Assembly: GCA_964016885.1 (NCBI GenBank)
Contig: OZ024743.1
Span: 136,028,001 to 136,092,000, forward strand
Length of the DNA stretch: 64,000 nucleotides
Source: Eledone cirrhosa
Taxonomy: Eukaryota
Direction: 5' to 3'
The first letter of the stretch is position 1; every line of letters begins with the position of its first letter. The notes under the pieces were generated by a model that saw only the letters and a list, made by a program, of their open reading frames with translations, had not been told where the DNA came from and made no database searches. Positions 14,001 to 30,020 of this stretch are shown here, piece by piece. The position numbers and the translations under genes were made by a program.

Positions 14001-17000
14001 GACCAAGCACCAAATACCAAGCACCAAGCACCAAACACCAATCACCAAGCACCAAGCACCAAACACCAAGAACCAAGCACCAATCACTAAACACCAAACA
14101 CCAAGCACCAAGCACCAAACACCAAACACCAAGAACCAAGTAGTAAACTCCAAACACCAAACACCAAGCGCCAAGCACCAAATCCCAAGCACCAAACACC
14201 AAGCACCACACATCAAACACCAAGCACCAAGCACCAATCGCCAAGCACCAAGCACCAAGCAACAAACACAAAGCACCAAGCACCAAGCACCAAGCACGCA
14301 ACACCAAACACCAATCACCAAGCACCAAAGAGCAAACACGAAGCCCCAAGCACCAAACACCCAACACCAAACACCAAACATCAAACACCAATCACGAACC
14401 ACCAAACAGCAAACATCAAACACCAAACACCAAACACCAAGCACCAAACACCAAACACCAAACACCAAGCACCAAGCACCAAACACCAAACACCAAGCAC
14501 CAAGCACTAAACACCAAACACCAAGCACCAAGCACCAAGCACCAAACACCAAGCACCAAGCACCAAGCACCAAACACCAAGCCCCAAGCACCAAACACCT
14601 AACACCAAGCACCAAACACCAAGCACCAAACAGCAAGCACCAAGCACCAAGCACCAGACACCAAGCACCGAGCACCAAACACCAAACACCAAGCACCAAG
14701 CACTAAACACCAAACACCAAGCACCAAGCACCAAGCACCAAGCACCAAACACCAAGCACCAAGCACCAAGCACCAAGCACCAAGCACCAAACACCAAGCA
14801 CCAAGCACCAAGCACCAAACACCAAGCACCAAACACCAAACACCAAGCACCAAGCACCAAACACCAAATACCAAGCACCAAACACCAAGCACCAAACCCC
14901 AAGCACCAAACACCAAGCACCAAGCACCAAACACCAAGCACCAAGCACCAAGCACCATGCACCAAACACCAAGCACCAAGCACCAAACAGCAAACACCAA
15001 ACAGCAAACACCAAACACCAAACACCAAACAGCAAACACCAAACAGCAAACACCAAACAGCAAACACCAAACACCAAACACCAAATAGCAAACGCCAAGA
15101 AGCAAACGCCAAACCCCAAACGCCAAACAGCAAATGCCAAACCCCAAACGCCAGACAGCAAGCGCCAAACGCCAAAAACCAAGCGCCAAGCACCAAACAC
15201 CAAACACCAAGCACCAAGCACCAAACACCAAACACCAAGCACCAATCACCAAACACCAAGCACCAAGCGCCAAGCACCAAACACCAAACACCTAGCACCA
15301 AGCACCAAGCACCAAACACCAGGCACCAAACACCAATCACCAAGCTCCAAGCACCAAACACCAAACACCAAGCACCAAACACCAAACACCAAGCACCAAG
15401 CACCCAGAACCAAGCACCAAGCACCAAACACCAAGAACCAAGCACCAAACACAAAACACCAAGCACCAAGCACCAAACACCAAGCACCAAGCACCAAGCA
15501 CCAAACACCAAGCACCAAGTACCAAACACCAAACACCAAGCACCAAGCACGAAACACCAAACACCAAGCACCAAGCACCAAACACTAAACACCAGGCTCC
15601 AAGCACAAAACACCAAGCACCAAGCACCAAGCACCAAACACCAAACACCAAACACCAAGCACCGAGCACCAAACACCAAGCACCAAGCACCAAGCACCAA
15701 ACACCAAACACCAAGCACCAAGCACCAAACACCAAACACCAAGCCCAAAGCACCAAAGAACAAAAACAAAACACCAAGCACCAAACACCAAACACCAAGC
15801 ACCAAACACCAAACAGCCAACACCAAACAGCAAACACCAAACACCAAATAGCAAAAACCAAAGAGCAAACTCCAGACACCAAACAGCAAACACAAAACAC
15901 CAAACAGCAAACACCAAACAGCAAACTCCAAACACCAAACACCAAGCACCAAGCACCAAATACCAAGCACCAAACACCAAGCACCAATCACCAAACACCA
16001 AACACCAAGCACCAAACACCAAACACCAAAAACCAAGCACCAAGCACCAAGCACCAAACACCATACGCCAAACACCAAACACCAAGCACCAAGCACCAAA
16101 CACCAAGCACCAAGCGCCAAAGACCAAACACCAAGCACCAAGCACGAAACACCAAGCACCAAGCACCGAGCACCAAACACCATGTACCAAGCACCAATCA
16201 CCAAACACCAAGCACCAAGCACCAAACACCAAACACCAAACACCAAGCACCAAGCACCAAACACCAAACACCAAGAACCAAGCACCAAACACCAAATACC
16301 AAGCACCAAGCACTAAACACCAAACACCAAGCATCATGCACCAAGCATCAAGCACCAAGCACCAAACACCAAGCACCAAGCACCAAGCACCAAGCACCAA
16401 ACACAAAACACCAAGTACCAAGCACCAAGCACCAAACACCAAACACCAAACACCAAGCACCAAGCACCAAACACCAAACACCAAGCACCAAGCACCAGAC
16501 ACCAAGCACCAAGCACCAAGGACCAAACACCAAACACCAAACACCAAACACCAGGCACAAAGCACCAAATACCAAGCACCAAGCACCAAAAACCAAAGAC
16601 CAAGCACAAAGCACCAAAGAGCAAACACCAAACAGCAAACACCAAACACCAAACACCAAACAGCAAACACCAAATAGCAAACACCAAACACCAAATAGCA
16701 AACACCAAAGGGCAAACTCCAAACACCAAACAGCAAACACAAAACACCAAACAGCAAACAACAAACAGCAAACACCAAAGAGCAAACAGCAAACAGCAAA
16801 CACCAAACACCAAGCACCAAGCACCAAGCACCAAACACCAACACCAAGCACCAAGCACCAAACACCAAGCACCAAGCACCAAACACCAAACACCAAGCTC
16901 CAAGCACCAAACACCAAACACCAAGCACCAAGCACCAAACACCAATCACCAAGCACCAAGCACCAAACCCCAAGCACCAAACACCAAGCACAAAACACCA

Positions 17001-19750
17001 AGCACCAAGCACCAAACACCAAACATCAAACACCAATCACCAAACATCAAACAGCAAACAGCAAACACCAAACACCAAACATCAAACACCAAACAGCAAA
17101 CAACAAACAACAAACGCCAAACATCAAACGCCAAACACCAAACACCAAATAGCAAACACCAAACCGCAAACACCAAACACCAAACAGCAAACACCAAACA
17201 CCAAACAGCGAACACCAAACAGCAAACACCAAACAGCAAACAGCAAGCAACAAACACCAAACACCAAACACCAAGCACCAAACTCCAAACACCAAGCACC
17301 AAGCACCAAGCACAAAACACCAAGCACCAAGCGCTAAACATAAAACACTAAGCACCAAGCACCAAGCACCAAGCACCAAACACCAAACATCAAACACCAA
17401 TCACCAAACATCAAACAGCAAACACCAAACACCAAACACCAAACATCAAACACCAAATAGCAAACAACAAACAACAAACGCCAAACATCAAACGCCAAAC
17501 ACCAAACACCAAATAGCAAACACCAAACCTTAAACACCAAACACCAAACAGCAAACACCAAACACCAAACAGCGAACACCAAACAGCAAACACCAAACAG
17601 CAAACACCAAACACCAAACACCAAACACCAAGCACCAAGCACCAAGCACAAAACACCAAGCACCAAGCACCAAACACCAAGCACCAAACACCAAACACCA
17701 AGCACCAAGCGCCAAACACCAAGCACCGAGCACCAAGCACGAAACACCAAGCACCAAACACCAAACAGCAAACACCAATCACCAAACACCAAACACCAAA
17801 CACCAAACACCAATCACCAAACACCAAACACCAAACACCAAACACCAAACACCAAACACCAAACAGTAAACACCAAACACCAAACAGCAAACACCAAACA
17901 CCAAACACCAAACAGCAAACACCAAACACAAAACACCAAACAACAAACACCAAACAGCAAACACCAAACAAACAGCAAACAGCAAACACCAAGCATCAAC
18001 CAACAAACACCAAACAACAAACGCCAAACAGCAAACGCCAACCACCAGATGCCAAACAGCAAACGCCAAACACCAAACGCCAAACAGCAAACACCAAACA
18101 CCAAACAGCAAACACCAAACACCAAACACCAAATAGCAAACACCAAACAGCAAACACCAAACAGCAAACACCAAACAGCAAACAGCAAACACCAAGCACC
18201 AAGCACCAAACACCAAGCACCAAGCAACAAGCACCAATCACCAAGCACCAAGCACTAAACGCCAAGCACCAAGCACCAAACACCAAGCACCAAGCACCAA
18301 GCACCAAACACCAAGCACCAAAGACCAAGCACCAAATACCAAGCACCAAGCACCAAACACCAATCACCAAGCACCAAGCACCAAACACCAAGAACCAAGC
18401 ACCAATCACTAAACACCAAACACCAAGCACCAAGCACCAAACACCAAACACCAAGAACCAAGTAGTAAACTCCAAACACCAAACACCAAGCGCCAAGCAC
18501 CAAATCCCAAGCACCAAACACCAAGCACCACACATCAAACACCAAGCACCAAGCACCAATCGCCAAGCACCAAGCACCAAGCAACAAACACAAAGCACCA
18601 AGCACCAAGCACCAAGCACGCAACACCAAACACCAATCACCAAGCACCAAAGAGCAAACACGAAGCCCCAAGCACCAAACACCCAACACCAAACACCAAA
18701 CATCAAACACCAATCACGAACCACCAAACAGCAAACATCAAACACCAAACACCAAACACCAAGCACCAAACACCAAACACCAAACACCAAGCACCAAGCA
18801 CCAAACACCAAACACCAAGCACCAAGCACTAAACACCAAACACCAAGCACCAAGCACCAAGCACCAAACACCAAGCACCAAGCACCAAGCACCAAACACC
18901 AAGCCCCAAGCACCAAACACCTAACACCAAGCACCAAACACCAAGCACCAAACAGCAAGCACCAAGCACCAAGCACCAGACACCAAGCACCGAGCACCAA
19001 ACACCAAACACCAAGCACCAAGCACTAAACACCAAACACCAAGCACCAAGCACCAAGCACCAAGCACCAAACACCAAGCACCAAGCACCAAGCACCAAGC
19101 ACCAAGCACCAAACACCAAGCACCAAGCACCAAGCACCAAACACCAAGCACCAAACACCAAACACCAAGCACCAAGCACCAAACACCAAATACCAAGCAC
19201 CAAACACCAAGCACCAAACCCCAAGCACCAAACACCAAGCACCAAGCACCAAACACCAAGCACCAAGCACCAAGCACCATGCACCAAACACCAAGCACCA
19301 AGCACCAAACAGCAAACACCAAACAGCAAACACCAAACACCAAACACCAAACAGCAAACACCAAACAGCAAACACCAAACAGCAAACACCAAACACCAAA
19401 CACCAAATAGCAAACGCCAAGAAGCAAACGCCAAACCCCAAACGCCAAACAGCAAATGCCAAACCCCAAACGCCAGACAGCAAGCGCCAAACGCCAAAAA
19501 CCAAGCGCCAAGCACCAAACACCAAACACCAAGCACCAAGCACCAAACACCAAACACCAAGCACCAATCACCAAACACCAAGCACCAAGCGCCAAGCACC
19601 AAACACCAAACACCTAGCACCAAGCACCAAGCACCAAACACCAAGCACCAAACACCAATCACCAAGCTCCAAGCACCAAACACCAAACACCAAGCACCAA
19701 ACACCAAACACCAAGCACCAAGCACCCAGAACCAAGCACCAAGCACCAAA
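11100..19750 (+). repeat. Near-perfect tandem duplication, period about 4.33 kb (about 11100-15428 and 15429-19750)
   Basis: Rare markers are shared: CTCCAGA 11541/15870, GGGCAAA 12381/16710 and CCTTAAA 13199/17528 (offset 4329), and TAGTAAA 14141/18463 (offset 4322). Confidence 0.93.
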
Positions 19751-22700
19751 CACCAAGCACCAAGCACCGAGCACCAAACACCTAGTACCAAGCACCAATC
19801 ACCAAACACCAAGCACCAAGCACCAAACACCAAACACCAATCACCAAGCACCAAGCACCAAACACCAAGAACCAAGCACCAAGCACTAAACACCAAACAC
19901 CAAGCACCAAACACCAAACACCAAACACCAAGCACCAAGTACCAAACTCCAAACACCAAACACCAAGCACCAAGCACCAAATCCCAAGCACCAAACACCA
20001 AGCACCAATCACCAAACACCAAACACCAAGCACCAAGCACCAAACACCAAAAACCAAGCACCAAGCACCAAGCACCAAACACCAAACGCCAAACACCGAA
20101 CACCAAGTACCAAGCACCAAACACCAAGCACCAATCGCCAAAGACCAAACACCAAGCACCAAGCACGAAACACCAAGCACCAAGCACCGAGCACCAAACA
20201 CCAAGTACCAAGCACCAATCACCAAACACCAAGCACCAAGCACCAAACATCAAACACCAAGCACCAAGCACCAAACACCAAACACCAAGCACCAAGCACC
20301 ACACACCAAATACCAAGCACCAAGCACTAAACACCAAACACCAAGCACCAAGCACCAAGCATCAAGCACCAAGCACCAAACACCAAACACCAAACACCAA
20401 GCACCAAAAACCAAGCACCAAGCTCCAAGCACCAAACACCAAGCACCAAACACCAAACACCAAGCACCAATCACCAAGCACCAAACACCAAGCACCAAGC
20501 ACCAAGCACCAAGCACCAAACACCAAGCACCAAGCACCAAACAGCAAACACCAAGCACCAAACAACAAACACCATGCACCAAACACCAAGCACCAAGCAA
20601 CAAACAACAAACACCATGCACCAAACACCAAGCACCAAGCCCCAAGCACCAAACACCAAGCACCGAGCACCAAACACCAAGCACCAAGCACCAAGCACCA
20701 TGAACCAAACACCAAGCACCAAGCACCAAACAGCAAACGCCAAACAGCAAACACCAAACAGCAAACACCAAACAGCAAACACCAAACACCAAACACCAAA
20801 CAGCAAACGCCAAAAAGCAAACGCCAAACCCCAAACGCCAAACAGCAAATGCCAAACCCCAAACGCCAAACAGCAAACGCCAAGCACCAAACACCAAACA
20901 CCAAGCGCCAAGCACCAAACACCAAACACCAAGCACCAAGCACCAAACACCAAACACCAAGCACCAATTACCAAACACCAAACACCAAGCGCGAAACACC
21001 AAACACCAAACACCTAGCACCAAGCACCAAGCACCAAACACCAAGCACCAAACACCAAGCACCAAGCACCAAGCACCAAGCACCAAGCACCAAACACCAA
21101 TCACCAAGCCCCAAGCACCAAACACCAAGCACCCAGCACCAAACACCAAACACCAAGCACCAAGCACCCAGAACAAAGCACCAAGCACCAAACACCAAAC
21201 ACCAAGCTCCAAGCACCAAACACCAAACACCAAGCACCAAGCACCAAGCACCAAACACCAAACACCAAGCTCCAAGAACCAAACACCAAACACCAAGCAC
21301 CAAGCACCAAACACCAATAACCAAGCACCAAGCACCAAACCCCAAGCACCAAACACCAAGCACCAATCACCAAACACCAAACACTAAGAACCAAGCACCA
21401 AGGACCAAACCCCAAGCACCAAACACCAAGCACCAATCACCAAACACCGAACACCAAGAACCAAGCACCAAGCAGCAAACACCAAGCACCAAGCACCAAG
21501 CACCAAGCACCAAGCACCAAACACCAAGCACCAAGTACCACACACCAAACACCAAGCACCAAGCACCAAACACCAAACACCAAACACCAAACACCAGGCA
21601 CCAAGCACCAAGCACCAAGCAGCAAGCACCAAGCACCAAACACCAAACACCAAGCCCAAATCACCAAAGAGCAAAAACAAAACACCAAGCACCAAACACC
21701 AAACACCAAGCACCAAACACCAAACACCAAACACCAAATAGCAAAAACCAAAGAGCAAACTCCAAGCACCAAACAGCAAACACAAAACACCAAACAGCAA
21801 ACACCAAACAGCAAACTCCAAACACCAAACACCAAGCACCAAGCACCAAATCCCAAGCACCAAACACCAAGCACCAATCACCAAACACCAAGCACCAAGC
21901 ACCAAACACCAAACACCAAGCACCAAGTACCAAACACCAAACACCAAGCACCAAACACTAAACAGCAAACGCAAAAAAGCAAATGCCAAACCCCAAACGC
22001 CAAACAGCAAACGCCCAGCACCAAACACCAAACACCAAGCGCCAAGCACCAAACACCAAACACCAAGCACCAAGCACCAAACACCAAACACCAAGCACAA
22101 ATCACCAAACACCAAACACCAAGCGCCAAACACCAAACACCAAACACCTAGCACCAAGCACCAAGCACCAAACACCAAGCACCAAACACCAAGCACCAAG
22201 CACCAAGCACCTAGCACCAAGCACCAAACACCAATCACCAAGCCCCAAGCATCAAACACCAAGCACCCAGCACCAAACACCAAACACCAAGCACCAAGCA
22301 CCCAGAACAAAGCACCAAGCACCAAACACCAAACACCAAGCTCCAAGCACCAAACACCAAACACCAAGCACCAAGCACCAAGCACCAAACACCAAACACC
22401 AAGCACCAAGCACCAAACACCAAACACCAAGCACCAATCACCAAACACCAAGCCCCAAGCGCCAAACACCAAACACCAAACACCTAGCACCAAGCACCAA
22501 GCACCGAACACCAAGCACCAAACACCAAGCACCAAGCACCAAGCACCAAGCACCAAGCACCAAACACCAATCACCAAGCCCCAAGCACCAAACACCAAGC
22601 ACCAAGCACCAAACACCAAACACCAAGCACCAAGCACCCAGAACCAAGCACCAAGCACCAAACACCAAACTACCAAGCACCAAGCACCAAACACCAAACA

Positions 22701-24325
22701 CCAAGCACCAAGCACCAAGCACCAAGCACCAAACACCATACACCAAGCACCAAGCACCAAACACCAAAAACCAATCACCAAGCACCAAAGAGCAAACACC
22801 AAGCCCCAAGCACCAAACACCAAACACCAAACACCAAATAGCAAACACTAAACACCAAACACCAAACAGCAAACACAAAACACCAAATAGCAAACACCAA
22901 ACACCAAACACCAAACACCAAACAGCAAACACCAAACACCAAACACCAAACACCAAACAGCAAACACCAAACAGCAAACACCAAACAGCAAACAGCAAAC
23001 ACCAAACACCAAACACCAAGCACCAAGCACCAAACAACAACACCAAGCACCAAGCACCAAACACCAAGCACCAAGCACCAAACACCTAACACCAAGCTCC
23101 AAGCACCAAACACCATACACCAAGCACCAAGCTCCAAACACCAATCACCAAGCACCAAGCACCAAACCCCAAGCACCAAACACCAAGCACAAATCACCAA
23201 ACACCAAACACCCAGCACCAAGCACCAAACACCAAGCACCAAGCACCAAGCACCAAACACCAAGCACCAAGTACCAAACACCAAACACCAAGCACCAAGT
23301 ACCAAACACCAAACACCAAGCACCAAGCACCAAACACCAAACACCAAGCACCAAGCACCAAACACCAAACACCAGGCTCCAAGCACAAAACACCAAGCAC
23401 CAAGCACCAAGCAACAAACACCAAACACCAAGCACCAAACACCAAGCACCAAGCCCCAAGCACCAAACACCAAGCACCAAGCACCAAACACCAAGCACCA
23501 AGCACCAAGCACCATGCACCAAACACCAAGCACCAAGCACCAAACAGCGAACACCTAACAGCAAACACCAAACAGCAAACACCAAACAGCAAACACCAAA
23601 CACCAAGCACCAAGCACCAAACACCATACGCCAAACACCAAACACCAAGCACCAAGCACCAAACACCAAGCACCAAGCACCAAAGACCAAACACCGAGCA
23701 CCAAGCACGAAACACCAAGCACCAAGCACCGAGCACCAAACACCAAACACCAAACACCAAGCACCAAGCACCAAACACCAAACACCAAGAACCAAGCACC
23801 AAACACCAAATACCAAGCACCAAGCACTAAACACCAAACACCAAGCACCAAACACCAAGCACCAAGCACCAAGCACCAAGCACCAAACACAAAACACCAA
23901 GTACCAGGCACCAAGCACCAAACACCAAACACCAAACACCAAGCACCAAGCACCAAACACCAAACACCAAGCACCAAGCACCAGAGACCAAGCACCAAGC
24001 ACCAAGGACCAAACACCAAACACCAAACACCAGACAAAAAGCACCAAACACCAAGCACCAAGCACCAAAGACCAAGCACAAAGCACCAAAGAGGAAAAAC
24101 AAAGCACCAAGCACCAAACACCAAACACCAAACACCAAACAGCAAACACCAAACACCAAATAGCAAACACCAAAGGGCAAACTCCAAACACCAAACAGCA
24201 AACACAAAACACCAAACAGCAAACAACAAACAGCAAACAGCAAACAGCAAACAGCAAACAGCAAGCACCAAGCACCAAACACCAAGCACCAAGCACCAAA
24301 CACCAAACACCAAGCTCCAAGCACC

Positions 24326-24337
24326 AAAAAAAAAAAA
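24326..24337 (+). repeat. A12 homopolymer interrupting the heptamer (copy 1 of 3)
   Basis: CTCCAAGCACC-A12-CACCAAG read directly. Confidence 0.9.
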
Positions 24338-27300
24338 CACCAAGCACCAAACCCCAAGCACCAAACACCAAGCACAAAACACCAAGCACCAAGCACCAAA
24401 CACCAAACATCAAACACCAAACAGCAAACAACAAACAACAAACGCCAAACATCAAACGCCAAACACCAAACGCCAAATAGCAAACACCAAACCGCAAACA
24501 CCAAACACCAAACAGCAAACACCAAACACCAAACAGCGAACTCCAAACAGCAAACACCAAACAGCAAACAGCAAACAGCAAACACCAAACACCAAACACC
24601 AAGCACCAAACTCCAAACACCAAGCACCAAGCACCAAGCACAAAACACCAAGCACCAAGCGCTAAACATAAAACACTAAGCACCAAGCACCAAGCACCAA
24701 GCACCAAACACCAAACATCAAACACCAATCACCAAACATCAAACAGCAAACACCAAACACCAAACGCCAAACACAAACACCAAATAGCAAACACCAAACC
24801 GCAAACACCAAACACCAAACAGCAAACACCAAACACCAAACAGCGAACACCAAACAGCAAACACCAAACAGCAAACACCAAACACCAAGCACCAAACACC
24901 AAACACCAAGCACGAAGCACCAAGCACAAAACACCAAGCACCAAGCACCAAACACCAAGCACCAAACACCAAACACCAAGCACCAAGCGCCAAACACCAA
25001 GCACCAAGCACCAAGCACGAAACACCAAGCACCAATCACCAAACACCAAACACCAAGCACCAAACACCAAACAGCAAACACCAATCACCAAACACCAAAC
25101 ACCAAACAGCAAACACCAATCACCAAACACCAAACACCAAACACCAAACAGTAAACACCAAACACCAAACAGCAAACACCAAACACCAAACACCAAACAG
25201 CAAACACCAAACACCAAACACCAAACAGCAAACACCAAACAAACAGCAAACAGCAAACACCAAGCAGCAAACACCAAACACCAAACAACAAACGCCAAAC
25301 AGCAAAAGCCAACCACCAGATGCCAAACAGCAAACGCCAAACAGCAAACGCCAAACAGCAAACACCAAACACCAAACAGCAAACACCAAACACCAAACAC
25401 CAAATAGCAAACACCAAACAGCAAACACCAAACAGCAAACACCAAACAGCAAACACCAGACAGCAAACAGCAAACACCAAACACCAAACACCAAGCACCA
25501 AGCACCAAACACCAAGCACCAAGCAACAAGCACCAATCACCAAGCACCAAGCACTAAACACCAAACACCAAGCACCAAGCACCAAGCACCAAACAGCAAG
25601 CACCAAGCACCATGCACCAAACGCCAAGCACCAAGCACCAAACACCAAGCACCAAGCACCAAGCACCAAACACCAAGCACCAAAGACCAAGCACCAAATA
25701 CCAAGCACCAAGCACCAAACACCAATCACCAAGCCCCAAGCACCAAACACCAAGCACCCAGCACCAAACACCAAACACCAAGCACCAAGCACCCAGAACA
25801 AAGCACCAAGCACCAAACACCAAACACCAAGCTCCAAGCACCAAACACCAAACACCAAGCACCAAGCACCAAGCACCAAACACCAAACACCAAGCTCCAA
25901 GCACCAAACACCAAACACCAAGCACCAAGCACCAAACACCAATCACCAAGCACCAAGCACCAAACCCCAAGCACCAAACACCAAGCACCAATCACCAAAC
26001 ACCAAACACCAAGAACCAAGCACCAAGCACCAAACCCCAAGCACCAAACACCAAGCACCAATCACCAAACACCGAACACCAAGAACCAAGCACCAAGCAC
26101 CAAACACCAAGCACCAAGCACCAAGCACCAAGCACCAAGCACCAAACACCAAGCACCAAGTACCACACACCAAACACCAAGCACCAAGCACCAAACACCA
26201 AACACCAAACACCAGGCACCAAGCACCAATCACCAAGCACCAAGCAAAAACACAAAGCACCAAGCACCAAGCACCAAACACCAAACACCAAACACCAAGC
26301 CCAAATCACCAAAGAGCAAAAACAAAACACCAAGCACCAAACACCAAACACCAAGCACCAAACACCAAACACCAAACACCAAACACCAAACAGCAAACAC
26401 CAAACACCAAATAGCAAAAACCAAAGAGCAAACTCCAAGCACCAAACAGCAAACACAAAACACCAAACAGCAAACAGCAAACAGCAAACTCCAAACACCA
26501 AACACCAAGCACCAAGCACCAAATCCCAAGCACCAAACACCAAGCACCAATCACCAAACACCAAGCACCAAGCACCAAACACCAAACACCAAGCACCAAG
26601 TACCAAACACCAAACACCAAGCACCAAACACTAAACAGCAAACGCAAAAAAGCAAATGCCAAACCCCAAACGCCAAACAGCAAACGCCCAGCACCAAACA
26701 CCAAACACCAAGCGCCAAGCACCAAACACCAAACACCAAGCACCAAGCACCAAACACCAAACACCAAGCACAAATCACCAAACACCAAACACCAAGCGCC
26801 AAACACCAAACACCAAACACCTAGCACCAAGCACCAAGCACCAAACACCAAGCACCAAACACCAAGCACCAAGCACCAAGCACCAAGCACCAAGCACCAA
26901 ACACCAATCACCAAGCCCCAAGCATCAAACACCAAGCACCCAGCACCAAACACCAAACACCAAGCACCAAGCACCCAGAACAAAGCACCAAGCACCAAAC
27001 ACCAAACACCAAGCTCCAAGCACCAAGCACCAAGCACCAAACACCAAGCACCAAGCACCAAACAGCAAACACCAAGCACCAAACAACAAACACCATGCAC
27101 CAAACACCAAGCACCAAGCAACAAACAACAAACACCATGCACCAAACACCAAGCACCAAGCCCCAAGCACCAAACACCAAGCACCAAGCACCAAGCACCA
27201 AACACCAAACACCAAGCACCAAGCACCAAACACCAAACACCAGGCACCAATCACCAAACACCAAGCCCCAAGCGCCAAACACCAAACACCAAACACCTAG

Positions 27301-28839
27301 CACCAAGCACCAAGCACCGAACACCAAGCACCAAACACCAAGCACCAAGCACCAAGCACCAAGCACCAAGCACCAAACACCAATCACCAAGCCCCAAGCA
27401 CCAAACACCAAGCACCAAGCACCAAACACCAAACACCAAGCACCAAGCACCCAGAACCAAACAGCAAACACCAAACACCAAACACCAAACACCAAACAGC
27501 AAACACCAAACAGCAAACACCAAACCTCAAACAGCAAACAAGCACCAAGCACCAAACACCAAGCACCAAGCACCAAACAACAACACCAAGCACCAAGCAC
27601 CAAACACCAAGCGCCAAGCACCAAACACCAAACACCAAGCTCCAAGCACCAAACACCATACACCAAGCACAAAGCACCAAACACCAATCACCAAGCACCA
27701 AGCACCAAACCCCAAGCACCAAACACCAAGCACCAATCACCAAACACCAAACACCCAGCACCAAGCACCAAACACCAAGCACCAAGCACCAAGCACCAAA
27801 CACCAAGCACCAAGTACCAAACACCAAACACCAGGCTCCAACCACAAAACACCAAGCACCAAGCACCAAGCAACAAACACCAAACACCAAGCACCAAACA
27901 CCAAGCACCAAGCCCCAAGCACCAAACACCAAGCACCAAGCACCAAACACCAAGCACCAAGCACCAAGCACCATGCACCAAACACCAAGCACCAAGCACC
28001 TAACAGCAAACACCAAACAGCAAACACCAAACAGCAAACACCAAACAGCAAACACCAAACACCAAGCACCAAGCACCAAACACCATACGCCAAACAGCAA
28101 ACACCAAGCACCAAGCACCAAACACCAAGCACCAAGCACCAAAGACCAAACACCAAGCACCAAGCATGAAACACCAAGCACCAAACACCGAGCACCAAAC
28201 ACCAAACACCAAACACCAAGCACCAAGCACCAAACACCAAACACCAAGAACCAAGCACCAAACACCAAATACCAAGCACCAAGCACTAAACACCAAACAC
28301 CAAGCACCAAACACCAAGCACCAAGCCCCAAGCACCAAGCACCAAACACAAAACACCAAGAACCAAGCACCAAGCACCAAACACCAAACACCAAACACCA
28401 AGCACCAAGCACCAAACACCAAACACCAAGCACCAAGCACCAGAGACCAAGCACCAAGCACCAAACACCAAACACCAAACACCAAACACCAGGCACAAAG
28501 CACCAAACACCAAGCACCAAGCACCAAACACCAAAGACCAAGCACAAAGCACCAAAGAGCAAAAACAAAGCACCAAGCACCAAACACCAAACACCAAACA
28601 CCAAACAGCAAACACCAAACACCAAATAGCAAACACCAAAGGGCAAACTCCAAACACCAAACAGCAAACACAAAACACCAAACAGCAAACAACAAACAGC
28701 AAACAGCAAACAGCAAACAGCAAACAGCAAACACCAAACACCAAGCATCAAGCACCAAGCACCAAACACCAACACCAAGCACCAAGCACCAAACACCAAG
28801 CACCAAGCACCAAACACCAAACACCAAGCTCCAAGCACC

Positions 28840-28851
28840 AAAAAAAAAAAA
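28840..28851 (+). repeat. A12 homopolymer (copy 2 of 3)
   Basis: Same flanks and length as the copy at 24326. Confidence 0.9.
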
Positions 28852-29697
28852 CACCAAGCACCAAACCCCAAGCACCAAACACCAAGCACAAAACACCAAG
28901 CACCAAGCACCAAACACCAAACATCAAACAGCAATCACCAAACATCAAACAGCAAACACCAAACACCAAACACCAAACATCAAACACCAAACAGCAAACA
29001 ACAAACAACAAACGCCAAACATCAAACGCCAAACACCAAACGCCAAATAGCAAACACCAAACCGCAAACATCAAACACCAAACAGCAAACACCAAACAGC
29101 GAACTCCAAACAGCAAACACCAAACAGCAAACAGCAAACAGCAAACACCAAACACCAAACACCAAGCACCAAACTCCAAACACCAAGCACCAAGCACCAA
29201 GCACAAAACACCAAGCACCAAGCGCTAAACATAAAACACTAAGCACCAAGCACCATGCACCAAGCACCAAACACCAAACATCAAACACCAATCACCAAAC
29301 ATCAAACAGCAAACACCAAACACCAAACACCAAACATCAAACACCAAATAGCAAACAACAAACAACAAACGCCAAACATCAAACGCCAAACACAAACACC
29401 AAATAGCAAACACCAAACCGCAAACACCAAACTCCAAACAGCAAACACCAAACACCAAACAGCGAACACCAAACAGCAAACACCAAACAGCAAACACCAA
29501 ACACCAAGCACCAAACACCAAACACCAAGCACGAAGCACCAAGCACAAAACACCAAGCACCAAGCACCAAACACCAAGCACCAAACACCAAACACGAAGC
29601 ACCAAGCGCCAAACACCAAGCACCAAGCACCAAGCACGAAACACCAAGCACCAATCACCAAACACCAAACACCAAGCACCAAACACCAAACAGCAAA

Positions 29698-30020
29698 CAG
29701 TAAACACCAAACACCAAACAGCAAACACCAAACACCAAACACCAAACAGCAAACACCAAACACCAAACACCAAACAGCAAACACCAAACAAACAGCAAAC
29801 AGCAAACACCAAGCAGCAAACACCAAACAGCAAACACCAAACAGCAAACACCAATCACCAAACACCAAACACCAAACACCAAACAGTAAACACCAAACAC
29901 CAAACAGCAAACACCAAACACCAAACACCAAACAGCAAACACCAAACACCAAACACCAAACAGCAAACACCAAACAAACAGCAAACAGCAAACACCAAGC
30001 AGCAAACACCAAACAGCAAA
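29698..30020 (+). repeat. Local tandem duplication of 186 bp
   Basis: CAGTAAA 29698/29884 and CACCAAGCAGCAAA 29807/29993. The period 186 = 26x7 + 4 and includes a truncated CAAA unit. Confidence 0.8.

Noticed and set aside
22670-22677. Single 8-bp unit CTACCAAG
   Set aside because: I saw it only once. It cannot be distinguished from a sequencing error or a private 1-bp insertion.
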